A stretch of DNA of 62,902 nt, filler included, from Klebsormidium nitens (GCA_000708835.1; 7 parts of 7 records of this genome joined end to end with filler, not necessarily neighbours in it), one strand, 5' to 3'. Positions 39,501 to 52,429 are shown, counted from the first letter of the whole stretch. A program made the numbers and translations. Notes: a model not told the origin generated them from the sequence alone.

Positions 39501-40928
39501 CTGCGTCTGAAGGAGGAGCTCGGGTTGCTTGAAGTTGGGGCGTCCGTGGCGGACGCGGCGCTTTTCTTGGGGGTGGTCGACGGGGAGGAGGTCTTCCTTC
39601 TCGTTTGGGTGGACGACATCCTCATCGCCACTCGTGGGAAGGACCGCGTGGCAAAAGTGAAGGCGCACCTGGCGCGGACGTTCGACGTGAGGGACTTGGG
39701 GGAGGCGACCTACTTCCTCGGGATGGAGTTGGCGCGCGACCGGGAGGCGCGCACCCTGAAGCTGACGCAGAAGAAGCAGACGGGGAAGCTCCTTGGGCGA
39801 CACTGGTTGGCGGGCGCGCGTGCGCGCTCGGTTCCCCTCGGTACGGGGGAGAAGCTGACGAGGGATGGGACTCCGCTTGACACGGCGAAGTTCCCCTAGA
39901 GCGAGCTCATTGGAAGCTTGCTCTCTTTGAGTGTGTGCACACGGCCCGACATTGCTCAGGCCGTGGGGGCACTGGCGCGCTACACAAGCGCGCCAACGGA
40001 GGCGCACTGGGCGGCGGCGCTCGGGGTGGTGCGCTATTTGGCGGGGACGGCGGAGGCCGGGGTAACCTTTGGGGGGAGCGGTGAGCTCCTTGAGGTGTTC
40101 TGCGATGCGGATTTTGCGGGGGACATTGACTCGAGGCGCTCCACGACGGGGTACGTCTTCCTGATGTACGGGGGAGCGGTGAGTTGGTCAAGCCGTTTGC
40201 AGCCGACGGTGGCGGTGTCCACGGTGGAGGCGGAGTACATGAGCGCGGCGCAGGCGGTGAAGGATGCGCTGTGGTTTTGCAAGCTCGGGGGAGACTTGGG
40301 GTTGGGCCTTGGCACGGTCCCAATCAACTGCGACAACCAAGGGGCAATACGGCTCCTAAAGCATCCGGTCGCAATATTGCGGTCGAAGCACATTAACGTG
40401 TTACTGTACTTTGCACGGGAGCGGGTGGCGCGCAAGGAGGTTGGATTCGCGTACTGCGGGACGGAGGACATGAAGGCGAACATCATGACCAAGGCGCTGA
40501 CTCCAGGGAAGTTCTCCAAGTGCAGGAAGGACATAGGAATTGCGTAGTTATTAGTGTGTGGGGGACTGTTGAGATCTAGGCCTGAGCATAGGGTAGTGAC
40601 ACCCTAATGACTTAGTATAATTTGCCGTAGATCTCGCTCGACCGGACTCGGGCAGTCGCCCGGAGTCAAATTTGGTCAATATAAAACCGGGGTAATCAAG
40701 TGCCGTCGAAATTTGCAGTCGCGAATTTCGGAACGCAACCTGGGCACAATGTGCCGGCAATATTAGTCCTCGGTTATGCACAAACATAGGGCTCGGACTC
40801 AGTCGAGACTTAGCCTAGATTTAAACTTGCGAACTCGATTTGACTCGGCGGATTGCATTGTATTGGTACCTCACTTCTAGTAGTTGTGCTTCCTCTTGAA
40901 AGGCGCTCAAGGCGCGTTTATTTCAACA
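36535..40928 (+). mobile_element. Ty1/copia LTR retrotransposon, decayed, 5'-truncated by contig start
   Basis: Two CCHC knuckles, protease WVLNSGATQHM (D>N), GAG-pre-integrase ELWHRRLGH, integrase HMDVCGP/DDYT/TDRGGE/QNGSAERLNRTL, RT (HQLDVKTAFLNG, WVDDIL), RNase H (FCDADFAG...EAEY), in copia order. Frameshifts near 36856 and 39198; stop at 39897. Confidence 0.95.
40567..40928 (+). repeat. 3' LTR of the copia element (~362 bp)
   Basis: Follows the pol stop (40547) and the purine-rich GTGGGGGGAC tract; begins TGTTGA and ends TCAACA (6-bp inverted termini). Confidence 0.7.
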
Positions 40929-43900
40929 CTCGCAACAAAAAGCAGAGAGCACGCCCTTCAGCTTGCGCAAGCTCTCGTCAAGATTTGTGGGTTCAAATCC
41001 GGACAAGGGGGAAAGAGGCGTGTTGAAATACAGCGTTGTTGGAAGTGATATGCAATCAATCAAGTTCAGACAATGTATATGGAGTGTTTCGAGTCACGGC
41101 CTATCACTAGGTCTACACTCTAGCCGAGTAGGCTCAGTGGACCGTCACCTAGTAAGTCCGAAAATTGCACTCTATACTTCCGAACATCGACGGCCATTAT
41201 CGAATCTACACAATATCGACGGTTATTGCCAAGTTATTCGGGTGTAACGTTGTAAGCCGCGCGCATTTAACCGTGCAACCGTAACTTCTAGTTGCTGTCG
41301 AATTACCGTCGACGTCGTGATCCTAAAACCCTACAATCACCCAGAGATTCGGTCCTCTAAATGCCCGTATCTCAACAAGGCACGCAAACAGCGGTTTGAG
41401 CAGCACAATACTCAAATGGGGGAGTGCGAAGGAACAGCCGAGAAGACAAGAGTGGCGGCGCGGGCCTCATTTTGGTACGAATTGGTAGGATCAACGCAGC
41501 CGCAAATCAAGAGAAGTCGATTACAGAAGCAAACCGGATCGCTTTTCTTAAAGCGCATCCCCCCAGGGGAAGGACGCCTCGGATCCAACCAGAGTCGAAA
41601 CCAGGACGTAAAAGCGGCTTGACGCGTCGGGAAGGCCGCCTTTTCAACGGCGAGACGGGGGCACTCGCAAACGAAGGTTTCCACAAATGCGGGCCGCCGT
41701 TCCTCGAGCCCACTGCCCGACTAGTCACCGCAGACCGGACCGCCGGCGCTATGGTGACACCAACTCAAGCACGAACAATGGTCTTGAGCGTAAGCGAGCG
41801 CCATCTGGACAATACGTCACCCACTTGAGAATTTTCTGGGGTTCCTCTTTCAACGGTGAAGACCCCGCTGGATATTCTAGAAAGTCCCCTTGCCCTCCTC
41901 CTCTTCCCATCTTTGGACCAGGGGACTAGAATGCCGCTTAGGAAGAAGATAAACAAAGGGATCCCCTCTAGGTGGGGCAGCCAAAGAACTTCGAAAGGAT
42001 TTTGAGTGAGGTCTTCAGTGCCATGAGACTAAAAGGGAAGCCATTTGCACAGCAGTGCAGAGTTCGAGTTGCTGGGCAGAAAAAGTTGGAGGTCTGGGCG
42101 CATCTGCATAAGTTATATGCGGGCGCCGGATAGACTAAAGCTAGTTTCACATGGCAGTAGTTTGGCAGTGCCAGCTAGATAGGCGGATTTGGTTTACCTT
42201 ATAGCCTGTCGACTTAGCCTCTAGAAACGACACGCCAAATTGATGAACCTTCATGAGGATCCACGAAGCTACTTTATGATTAAGAATATGATCTTTAAGC
42301 CAAGCAGAATAGGATTTGCTTGAAGCAATCACTTGTAAGGATACATGCGGATTCGTTTGTATGAGGTTGGCGTGCTCGTATGCAGTGTAGATTTGCAGTT
42401 TTGCATTGGCAAAAAAATGACGGGGCAGCGTACCTAAGAAGCACAATAATTTAGCAGATATCAAAAGCTAGAATCCGTCACATTTCAATTCAAATCCGCT
42501 TTGCAAGATTTGAGCAAAGAGTCATTTGACGAGGGAACTCTGCTAAGCTCGGAATTCCCACTTAGCACTGTTCATTCACTCATCAAAGCATCCTTTCAGC
42601 ACCCTGCCTTCTGTTCACAAGTCGTCTTCAAAGCACGTTCTTCATGACAAGGCAGTGTTGCGTGGTTATATGATCTGTATGATAGATGGTCGCGGTGACA
42701 ACAAGTGCCGATAAAAACTGATTCAGTTCGTGAGAAACTGATTCGGGAATCTGAAAGAGCTTAGTGTGATTCCATATATTGCATACTATGTGAACGATAT
42801 CAAGTGGTATGCACTAGTTCATTCGTTGATTGTTGCATTGTCCTGACTTACCACTATAAGTGACGCAGTATTAGTCGCGTTGATTTCGGCCACAAGATAA
42901 CAAAACTGAAAGACTAGTACTTGCAACAAGTGAAATCATATCACACCCGCTTCTAGCAAGTCTGTGAAGGTGAAGGGCCTCATCAACTCTGCCGAGACGT
43001 GAACTCACCAATTCATGACTGTATTCATGAGCGTCTCTTAACAAAAGTGACAACAAAGCAGGGGTCATTGCTAGTAAGAGCTGATCTTTCACTGAGACAG
43101 TGGCAAACCGACTGTTTCAACCTGAGTGGTATGGGACGCTTCATTTGTGATTGATGATTGATTCTGCATGATTGAAAGCTCCGCACTCTAAAAGCTAGTC
43201 TTAGTAGTCTGCTGCACACCAATGCGCGACCGCACCGCCGCGCCGGTGTGCAAACCGGAGATTGAGCCGGGCAACTACTAGGCTAGCTGTGCACGCGCAC
43301 AAAGATTCATCGACGGACCTCAAGCCGGGACGTGCGTCACTAGGTAGGTTTTGGAGCTAGGCCCGTCATGTTTCGTTTGGCACGGAGCGCGCTATCCGAT
43401 GCGTGAGCTACGGCAATTTAGCCAATTCCCGTTTTTTGGTACGACAAATACCGGTTTTGTACCACGACGCCCACACTTTAAGGGAAGGTCATGTTGTAGG
43501 GGGATCCCTGTGGTAACTTTTGAGAGGGGGGTATATAATTAACCAAGATTGAAATTGCGGTTGAAAATTCCAATTGGACGGTCGATATTGCGTGTATAGA
43601 TCAACTTGCAATTTTAAAAACCAATTCCGGCGTACAACATCCTCAATCGAACAGCTATGATTTGAAGCGTATGGCTACGGTACTATAATACTACATTTGG
43701 CATTGTTCGAATATCGACATTGTTCTCACGCACTAAGCATCCTACTCATTTTCCTATCTTCGAAGTTTGCTCTTTCATTTCGAGAATAACTATAGTGCCA
43801 ACGCCTTGATTATGGTGCCCTCCGTCCTGAACTTCGCAAATCGACCTTCTTTTGCGCCACGTCCTCTCCAGCGCGAAATGGTGACACACGTCCATGTGCT

Positions 43901-44149
43901 TCCACCGTTGTAGAGCAATCGGATGCTTTAAGAGTTGTCATAAGCTCCTTGGATGTTGCAATAGCTTTGAACCGTTCTAAGTTACGTCCATCCCAAAGTC
44001 TTCCCACAACTTGCAAAATAAGATCGCCTCTTTTACCGCCCGTGCGCACTCAAGTACTTCGCCTCTAAAGTCAAACACCGCCATCTTTGGCTGCAAACTC
44101 GATTAAGTAACCGTCGTTATGTACATTGAAAAGACGTACTTCTTTCTGG

Positions 44150-44420
44150 AACGCCGAGCGTGTCCATGTTTTCCCCAAACACGCGAAGAAGTCCCTCAAG
44201 GACTTCGCTCCCCCCGAAGTTACCCCGACCTTGGCCGCCCGGCTCCGTGGTTGTGCACGATCCTGAGCACCACCGCCCAGGGTGCCTCAGGCGGCGCGCT
44301 TGTGTAGCGTGCAAGTTCCCTCACTGTGAGCTCCTCATAGAAAAACTTCCTTGTGTCAAGCGTCATCCTTTCCTTTGCCCATTTCCTCTCCGCAAAAAGC
44401 GGAAAGAGCCCGCCTGTGCC
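44150..44420 (-). pseudogene. Old copia RT/RNase H junction relic in inverted orientation
   Basis: Translates as ...TLDTRKFFYEEL...LARYTSAPPEAPWAVVL...GVT(S)GG, which aligns with PLDTAKFP*SEL...LARYTSAPTEAHWAAAL...GVTFGG of the copia at 39880-40080. Confidence 0.7.
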
Positions 44421-45606
44421 CCCCACTCCGCCTAAAGAGCTTCACTGTTAGCTTCTTTTGTGTCAACGTCAAAGTGCGCGTCTCTCCAAGCGCAATATCA
44501 ATTTAAGAAAGTACGTCGCCGGCCTGTAAATCTCGCACATTTAACTTCTACGCCAAATGCGCATACTTGCCTTCAAGCTCTACTTTAGAAGAAGAGAGTA
44601 AGCCGTTGTTGCCAACACCAACTCTATGTTGGTAAAAAGTATCCTAATGAGGGCTAAAGAAGTGGAGTAGATTTATTTCGAGATACCTACAAACACGTCA
44701 CTGACCTTTCTACGTCCTAAAACGCCCCCATGAGTAGGTTGAAAACAGCTCGAAACGGCCGAGGCTGGGGGTCTCGCGACCAAGTCCCGACAAATGGCCG
44801 GGCGGTTGAAATTCGCCATGAAGTCAATACCTACTCGGCTTAGCGCCGAAATTCAACTCGAGGCCCGTTTTGACCACAGTCGGCGAAACTCTACTCGGCC
44901 CATGACTTGAGCCACTCCACTAGTCAGTGGCCAGTGGGGCCTTGATTCCTCATCGTGGACGAAAACCGATTCTGGCATGTATGTGGTTGCCTGTGAGCCG
45001 TAGACTTCTTCGAGACGCACCGTAGAGCAAAAAGTGCCGCAGAGAATAAGAGACTCTCGCCAACATAGCACGCAGAACAACGACCGGTTAGCCACGAACT
45101 CGTAAGCAATCAAACAACTTTAGTCGAGGCTTGAGAATTCCAGACACGGATGTCGCATGCATGCAGTATCGACGAAATTCACCATGTATAAACGCGATTT
45201 TAGCGTGCGGAGTATAGTATGACCCCTACGGCAAGTAAAGATAACGGTTAAGCGCCTTTTGATGTGTGGCCGTGTCTAGATTGCCGTATCTCCGGAATCG
45301 AACCCCCTNNNNNNNNNNNNNNNNNNNNNNNNNNNNNNNNNNNNNNNNNNNNTTAATTAATTAANNNNNNNNNNNNNNNNNNNNNNNNNNNNNNNNNNNN
45401 NNNNNNNNAAGTACACTGACAGCCCCCCGCACCTATCCCACATGGTAGCCACGTAGGTTATCGAATGCCGTCAGATTGAGCATGTGACCAATTACAACTG
45501 ATCACGTGCTACTTTCGACGTTCTCGATCGAGTTCAGGCTAAACCATACGGTCCCAAAATGGAGACCGTATTGGGATGCAGAAATGCACGCGAAGAGTGG
45601 GCGATT

Positions 45607-45947
45607 GTACTACCGGTACCTACCTTACCGGTTTTTCTCCGGTTCGCTTCGCCGGTCTAGGTACTACTTCGGCAGTACAGGTACCATGGCTGCACGTGGG
45701 GCGCGGTTTTGTACCGGAGTCGAGTCTCGAATTTGAACTCACGCCGGCAGTCTGTCTACCATTTTGGACCGATTAGTGCCGTGGAATCCCGTTCCAAGAG
45801 TCATTGCGGGACTTCATACGTACCGGCCAGTCCCGGCGCTATACCTGTAATATCGCAGGTACTGGTACCGGTCCCGGACAGAAATTTCCGACCCGAATCC
45901 GGTGCCGGTGAGTTCCCGGTCCGATGGTACCAGTCCCGAACTAGTAC
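45607..45947. repeat. Second GTAC/ACCGG-dense segment
   Basis: 11 GTAC in ~340 nt, directly next to the LINE 3' end. Confidence 0.7.
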
Positions 45948-45959
45948 ACAAATCCCCTA

Positions 45960-48517
45960 AGGTCCCGGCCGGGAGGGCCCGGTAGTCCGCCGGGAAACAC
46001 GCATATCCTCGACGAAGAAGGCCTTGCTTTTTGATTACTTCGCAGCGCGAATGCCAACAACGATGGAAGGACTCCGCTAGCAGCGTATGCAACAAGCGTC
46101 CAATCTTTAGTGCTTTACACGAGGAGATACAGAGCGGCTCGAGCCATTGTCGAAATAACACAGGAATCTGCGCAGCTGAAAACAGTTTATTACGGCTGGC
46201 CGGGGAGAAAATATGTTCCTGTAAGGCAGCAGTGATTTCTGTATTTGAGGCAGCAACTTGTTGTACATACAAGAGTTGTGCAGCTCGTGCGGCCACCGTT
46301 TGACGCTCTGTGTGATGACAAGGGCATTCGAAAAGTACGTGTTCTATACTTTCTACAGCTTGCAGGTCACATAATGTACACTGTGATTCGAGGTACATGA
46401 ATGGTCTGATTTGATGTAGGCGGCGAAATGTTGGCAAAATTCGTACGAGGATTTGAACGAGGAATTTTCGGAGTGAACTCGTTGATGAGGTTTTGGAACG
46501 AAGAAGACTTTGCGAGGCGTCCTGCCACACGGAGTCTGAGAGAAGGTACAGATGCCAGTCGCCCCTAAAGTGGTACTATTTGTTCAATGCTTTATGTGTT
46601 TTCTGGTACAAATTTTGTGGATTGTTCTCAAGAATGTATGGTGGCAGATTCTCGGTTGGATTGTGTACCCTTACAACCACGGGAGCGATATATCTTTTTT
46701 CCAGGGGTATCGTTAGTGTGGACAGAGAGAGGCTGGCTTTTGCAAGTCTATCTGCTTGTTTGTTCATTTCTTGATGATGTTCGTCAATAGTTAGTGGGCC
46801 AATTTGTTTAGACGCTTGTCCGCGGTCCCGCTCGTGAGCTTTCACATGCAGGATTTGAGTGCTGCCGGGTCGATGAGAAATCTCTTCCAAAATTCTTAGA
46901 ATTAGGGATTTATCCTGCAGCTTTCGAAGCTCATGCTGCTGCGGGGCACGCATTGCAAACCGGTTAATGTCTTGAACCAGTGAAAACCCTGTCGCTAAAT
47001 ATTTGCAGGTTCATGTTTTGCTGTGCACACAGAAGTGCAATGAGAACCCCCGTGGCCTCTGCGCGAGCTATACTTTGCTGTCCTGGAATGCGGAAGCAGA
47101 GATTCTGATTTGGATCTGCTTGTGGAAGTTCGGGGAAGTGTAAACCTACGCCCGCGCAACTCTCGTTTCGAGTAGCACTGCCGTCTGGATATGCGCGCGT
47201 AATGGGAAGAGAATATTTTTGGATTGGACCATAATGAGACTGTGTTTCGATAGGCAGTCCTTCGTTCATCTGATGACCCTGTACATGTGGTTCGAGGACG
47301 CGCTCCAGGAAAGCGCGTAAGAGAATACTTAAAAGACGCCGCTGAGCTGCACTAGCATTTGGAATTCGAAGATTTGGATGTAGTACTTGACGAGTGCTGG
47401 CAAGAATCTGAGTAAATGTTTTGGTTGCTCGTCCTTTTTGTCGCATCCATGGTTCAAACCCGGGACGTTGTATTGAATGCTCGAACAAGAGACTGATGTC
47501 AGAAAGAGTGTGCAGTTGGGCTGCCCGGAGGTTGCCAAGTAGCCGCTGAATAAACATAGATGTGAAAAGTGGATGGTGGTGCTTGTTTAATATTTCATAG
47601 GCAAGAGGAGCAAGTGTGCAACCAATCAAACGACTATGTAGGTCTAAGGAGGCGTCGAAGGAGACTTCTAACGACATATTCAGCGACAAAAAATGGTTTT
47701 GAACGCCTCGAAATAGTGGCGAGTACCGTGTATCGGTCCACTCAATCCGGAGTCCTTGCGGGCTGAAGGGCGCCACTCCCTTAAGTTCAGAAGAGTGTCT
47801 GATAGCTGCATAGGCAATTTGAGATGTAACACGACAAGATGTATCAGGAACTTGCATGCAGGATTGCAAGAATTCTGCTCGAATTATCTCTTGAAGATTG
47901 TAGACATTCATTAGGCCTTGATTGTAAAGAAGATCCGTTGCAGTCGACTTCGAAAGCCGAGCTAGGCGTTTGACAACACGAACTATTGTTCGCTCAAATT
48001 TGTCAAGATATGTTTTTGGAAAGGAAATTAGATACATACGATATCTCAGTTTAGAAACGAGGTCGGCATTGACGTAAGTAATAGCCTCTTGTATACTCAT
48101 GGCGTTGTTACTGTAGTATCTCTGTGCGTCATCTTTCGGTTTGCGAGCCATCGCTTCATGCTGGTATGTGAAACTTAGCTGCTTATTTACAAAGTATCTT
48201 AGATATTTGTAGGGAGTTTTGCCATGATGAATAGGAAGCGCCCCCCAGCGGCTTGTCAATGGTGGTGGACGCTTTAGCGGATTGCAGACGCGGTATTGAT
48301 ACGCGCATTTTGCAGGATTCAGTTGCATTCCGTAATATGCTAGAAATCTCTCAAGCATAGACAAAAGTTGTTGGGCATCTGCATGACTATTGCCAATAAG
48401 GGCCATATCATCCTCGTAGCCGTTGACAGGAATACGTATGCTTTGTGGATTTGCAATTGGTTGATCGAGGCTAGACATTGTAGAGCGTCCTGCGCCATGC
48501 CAAGCAATCCTGGTCAC
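45960..48517 (-). mobile_element. Decayed, 5'-truncated non-LTR retrotransposon (LINE): RT C-terminal half + RNase HI + CxxC..H..C zinc finger
   Basis: RT GYEDD (YADD box), LNPAKC, YKYLR (YKYLG). RNase H: YPDGS...AGVG...QSIARAE...IFSD...HVKAH...MNKQADRLAK. zf-RVT: CTLCDLQAVESIEHVLFEC. Frameshifts near 46960 and 46560. Confidence 0.85.
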
Positions 48518-49857
48518 GCAAGAGACATGCTTTATCTCGTAGCTCTACATACTAACACTAGTCGACATATCCAATAATAACTATTATCGAACATTACTTC
48601 GACCAATCAATACCGTGCCACGTGTCACTATCGGACAGTGGACTTAGATCGCCACGCGTCGCATAGGCGAGCGTTGCTTAACTCTGTGGGTTTGAGCGAT
48701 TAGACTTAACCATAGCCCAAACGTTACATTATGATAGAGGATACTGAGAAGGCTCGAAGAGTTCGTGATCGTTGCTGCAGTAAAGGTCTTTTAAGCAATC
48801 AAACCCTGCAGTGTCTCCGCTTTTGTTCAGTTATGACAAATCTGCCCCATTCAAAGACGATATTTCCGATGACTTATAAATATAGATGGCTCGCATGGAG
48901 ATCTCAATCGACATCTGCGACTGCTTGAGCATGGTTTCCAGTCTGATGCTGACCAAACCAGGGGGAGTTGCGAAAAATCCGAATTTACGAGCCTTCAGAC
49001 GAATTCAGTCAATCAGCCAAGGTTCTCACCATGTTTCTTCTCGCCGACTCGTGGTTCTTTGTTAAATTCCAAGCTGCAAAAAGGATCGGAGACGATGATT
49101 TCTTGGGACACTCTAGGAACGTGTGTATCGGAAAGTGGCACAATCTATTGAGTCGCACTATGAGTACCTTGACCCGTTCCAAGAGCGGTCAAGTAGGACG
49201 GAACCGTTACTAAAAACCGGACAATTGAGAGCGAAACGTACTGAATCCGATCCTCATGCAAGCGGCCTGTCTTCTATGTCGCCGCCGCTCTGGAAACGGG
49301 TAAAGCTTTCTTTTAAGGACGGTCGAGCGACCTTACATAATATGCGAAGAATAAGCACAGTGTCATACTTGAATATCATGTCGAGTACCGCTCCTCAATG
49401 ATTACAAGAGCGACACCGGTTTAAGGTCAACTAGCTATGGCACGAGTCTCCATTCCGGGCTACAGCCTGCCTGGATGTGAAGCTTGCACATGCATACTAA
49501 ACATGATGTCATTACATTGCACATCTTTGCCACCGATGCGTTGATATATGCGATGACAAGACGGCGGTTCTATCACGTACTGTAACGGCACGACTGCGCA
49601 CCGACTTCTGGCTGCGCGCCAAACTCGCGGCCGCGCATCGTCCGTTATTATACGCTATCGACTTATTTGATATATCGAATCACTACACGACACGTGTCTG
49701 GGTTACTGTTCCACCGCGTGACCGTCCGATAAGACCCACGTGCACCGCGTGCGAAGGNNNNNNNNNNNNNNNNNNNNNNNNNNNNNNNNNNNNNNNNNNN
49801 NTTAATTAATTAANNNNNNNNNNNNNNNNNNNNNNNNNNNNNNNNNNNNNNNNNNNN

Positions 49858-51458
49858 CAGGCCCCCCTCAATCTCCCTGAAAGACGTGTCACCCACCATC
49901 CACTGAGCAGCAACCTGGCTGAATTCATTCATCACAGTGTAGACCGCCTCGTAGGCCTTCCCCCCCTCAGCCGTCTTGACCTTTGAGGCGGATCGGAATG
50001 TGTGATCGCCACGGAGATAGACTTCGTCAACCATTGCTAGGCGCTCCTTCGTCCACGCAAGCCGCTCCGTTAGGTATGCCAGCAACATACCTGAAGTGGA
50101 GATCATTGGCTTGAGAAAACGCAAAACGATGTTGCTTTGATCAGACAGATTTATCACTGAAACATTTGATGCTTTGAGCAGGGTCGATCGCACCAGACTT
50201 TGTGCGCTTGAAACAGTTGCTGTGAAGCGAGCACTTCTTGATTCATCACTAAATGCATGATTTGTCACCTTATCCCTGCAAGCGGGACATAAGAGGCTGC
50301 GAAAGTCAAGACGAAGATACAAGAGCAATGCTTTGCAGAGCCTACTCCAGGAAGTAGCTTCGAGCAACACACAAGTGTTTTCTGGTTAATGATTACTCAC
50401 GTGTCAAGTACGAGCGGGAAGGCACCCAGCCGCGGTACCCCTGCCTGTCCTTATACGCTCCAAAGTCTGGGGGCTGCGGCACTTGCGCTGATGCACCAGC
50501 GGAGCCCATGAAAAAGGAGGACCGCTTTTGAGCCAGCCTTCCCCGCTCTGCTGTGTACTGCAGGTGGCCCAGCTTGCTTCGGTTGTAGGTAATGTAATGC
50601 AACTCTTGTACGGCATCCGTTGAATCGGCGAACGACACGCCGCTGCTGACATTGCGAAGCAGGAAGTCCATCAGAGACACCTCCACTGCCCCATGCTGGG
50701 TGAAGCGGATGTTGAGCGAGGACTCGAGGGCTGCAGGGAGCTGCTTGATGACGCCCTCATCATGCGCCCGGAACTGGTAGTCCTTGCAGTTGTTTCCTGC
50801 GCATGTTGATGGCACAGAAGTAAGTGCTTGGCACACGTGGTCACTACCAAGCTTGCAGAAGATTAGCACTCTCTGCTCTGGTGACCTTCAATTCTTGAGC
50901 ACAGCTTTGCATCCGCCATCGAGCAACAACTCTACGCACAGTGTTTGCAATTCAAACCTGCTGACTCCCAGGCTGCATCGCTACCTGGCTTCAGTGTTTT
51001 TCAAGGATCAGTCAGCGTTTGCTGGAGGCAGACTTTAAGATAAGGAGTTCGACTCATTATGATTAACAATCAGCCAGAGCTTGGAAGAATGTGCACATAC
51101 CTGGGCATTTGTTGCACCGGTAGCATTTGGAGACCAGGAACGCAGGCCCTGCCAGCATGCATACTCTCCTTACTTTTGCAAGAGTCCACCCATCCCCCTC
51201 GAGTCCGTTGAGCTGCTGGCACTTCGAGCAATAGATGATGGGAACCAGGTCGTTGTAAAGCACCTGCCAATTGCAGAAGAAGACCCGCTTGCCCGCACAC
51301 TGGAAAATTTGAATAACCTTCTCCGGTGGCTGCCCCTTGCTAGCAATGAAAGGGTCCGGACAATCTTTGAAGCATGATGGCCAAAACCTGGTATCGAGTG
51401 GTTTGCTGAGCTTCCCTGTTTTGAGATTGACTGTGGGCAGGGTCCACCCACCCACCAA
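49858..51458 (-). CDS. DUF6729-like Cys-cluster protein with downstream RNase H-fold 'DHTF' domain (putative DNA transposase), intron-containing, 3'-truncated; exons ~51458-51101, 50796-50401, 50090-<49858
   Basis: RFW..PDPF; CSKC...VRRVC...LVSKCYRCNKC-GNNC..FRAHDEGVIKQLP...ELH; LRGDHTFRSASKV...AVYTVMNEFSQV. Two phase-1 GT-AG introns join the blocks. Family assignment is from memory of the motif pattern, not a search. Start not resolved. Confidence 0.6.
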
Positions 51459-52267
51459 TCCACTCTTGAAGGAATAAGCTAAGCTTCACCTCATCCTCTG
51501 CTAAGTCGTCAGCCATCTTTTGTTGTTAAACCTGCCTGAGACAGCTGTTAGCAACTGAAGTCTGAAGCACTCCCCCAGGCTTTGGCCTCCTGTACGCCTT
51601 CCTTGCAAAAGCTTTCAAAGTGATCAGCAGTGAAAGCTTCGCAAGCAGACCAGTCACAGAAGTTGAAGAACTGGCACAAACTTGTTGCTGGCGGACTATC
51701 GAGCTTGAAAATCCTGATTTATTCCAGCCTTGTTATCTGCCGGACGGTATCAGCTGGCTTGATTAATTTATTCCAAATATAGAAAATGACCACATATACA
51801 TCTACAGCATCAGTCTGATATGCTGGTAAAACCTGCACAACATACTTCACATGTCCTGCATCAGGAATTCAAATTCTGCCTGGTTGCTGGTCAGGGTAGG
51901 GACCGGCGGTACCTCTTCTTCGCGCCCCTCGCGCTGACGTCAGGGGGGGGATCCAAGATGCTGGATCCCGCAACAATCGAGAGGGTAAGCAAGCACCACG
52001 TGTTAGCTGCTTTGAACCGTTGAGACATTTGGGAGCGTTCATCGGACGACCATGGAGGTATGGAGAGATTTGTCAACGCACAATCCGGAGCGCTCTGTGG
52101 TTTGTCGAGACAATTGACCCTCAAATCTGTCGACCGTCGCGATGGTAGCAGCTCATCATCGAAGTCCTCGACAGTTTGACCCACAATTCTGTTGGCCAAC
52201 CACAAGCCAGAATTTCACCCCGACCCTCCGCTCCGGACCGCGGACCCATCCCCGACCATACCTGTTA

Positions 52268-52429
52268 CAGCGGTTTTCAAGCAGGCTGCCGGTTTTAGAA
52301 AGAACGAGACCCTTAAAAAGTTAGTGGAGTTAGTCATCCTTGGTTTGAATCAAGACCTACTCTACTAACTTTGAGTACCTATTAGGGTTCTTCCAGTAGT
52401 AAAACCGGAAGCCTGCTTGAAAAGCGCTG
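52268..52429. mobile_element. Tc1/mariner-type (Stowaway-like) foldback MITE, 162 bp, TA TSD
   Basis: TA|CAGCGGTTTTCAAGCAGGCTGCCGGTTTTA...TAAAACCGGAAGCCTGCTTGAAAAGCGCTG|TA (2 mismatches); inverted pairing continues inward (AAAGTTAGTGGAGT / ACTCTACTAACTTT). Confidence 0.7.

Noticed and set aside
25955-41285. Shared 15-mer CCGTGCAACCGTAAC at 25955 and 41271
   Set aside because: The copies are on different contigs with no flanking similarity; chance or a generic motif cannot be excluded.
41317-44050. Several 80-135 aa ORFs (e.g. HRRPD, KRGDLIL words) as a restriction-like endonuclease relic
   Set aside because: The motifs are too short and scattered over different frames and strands.
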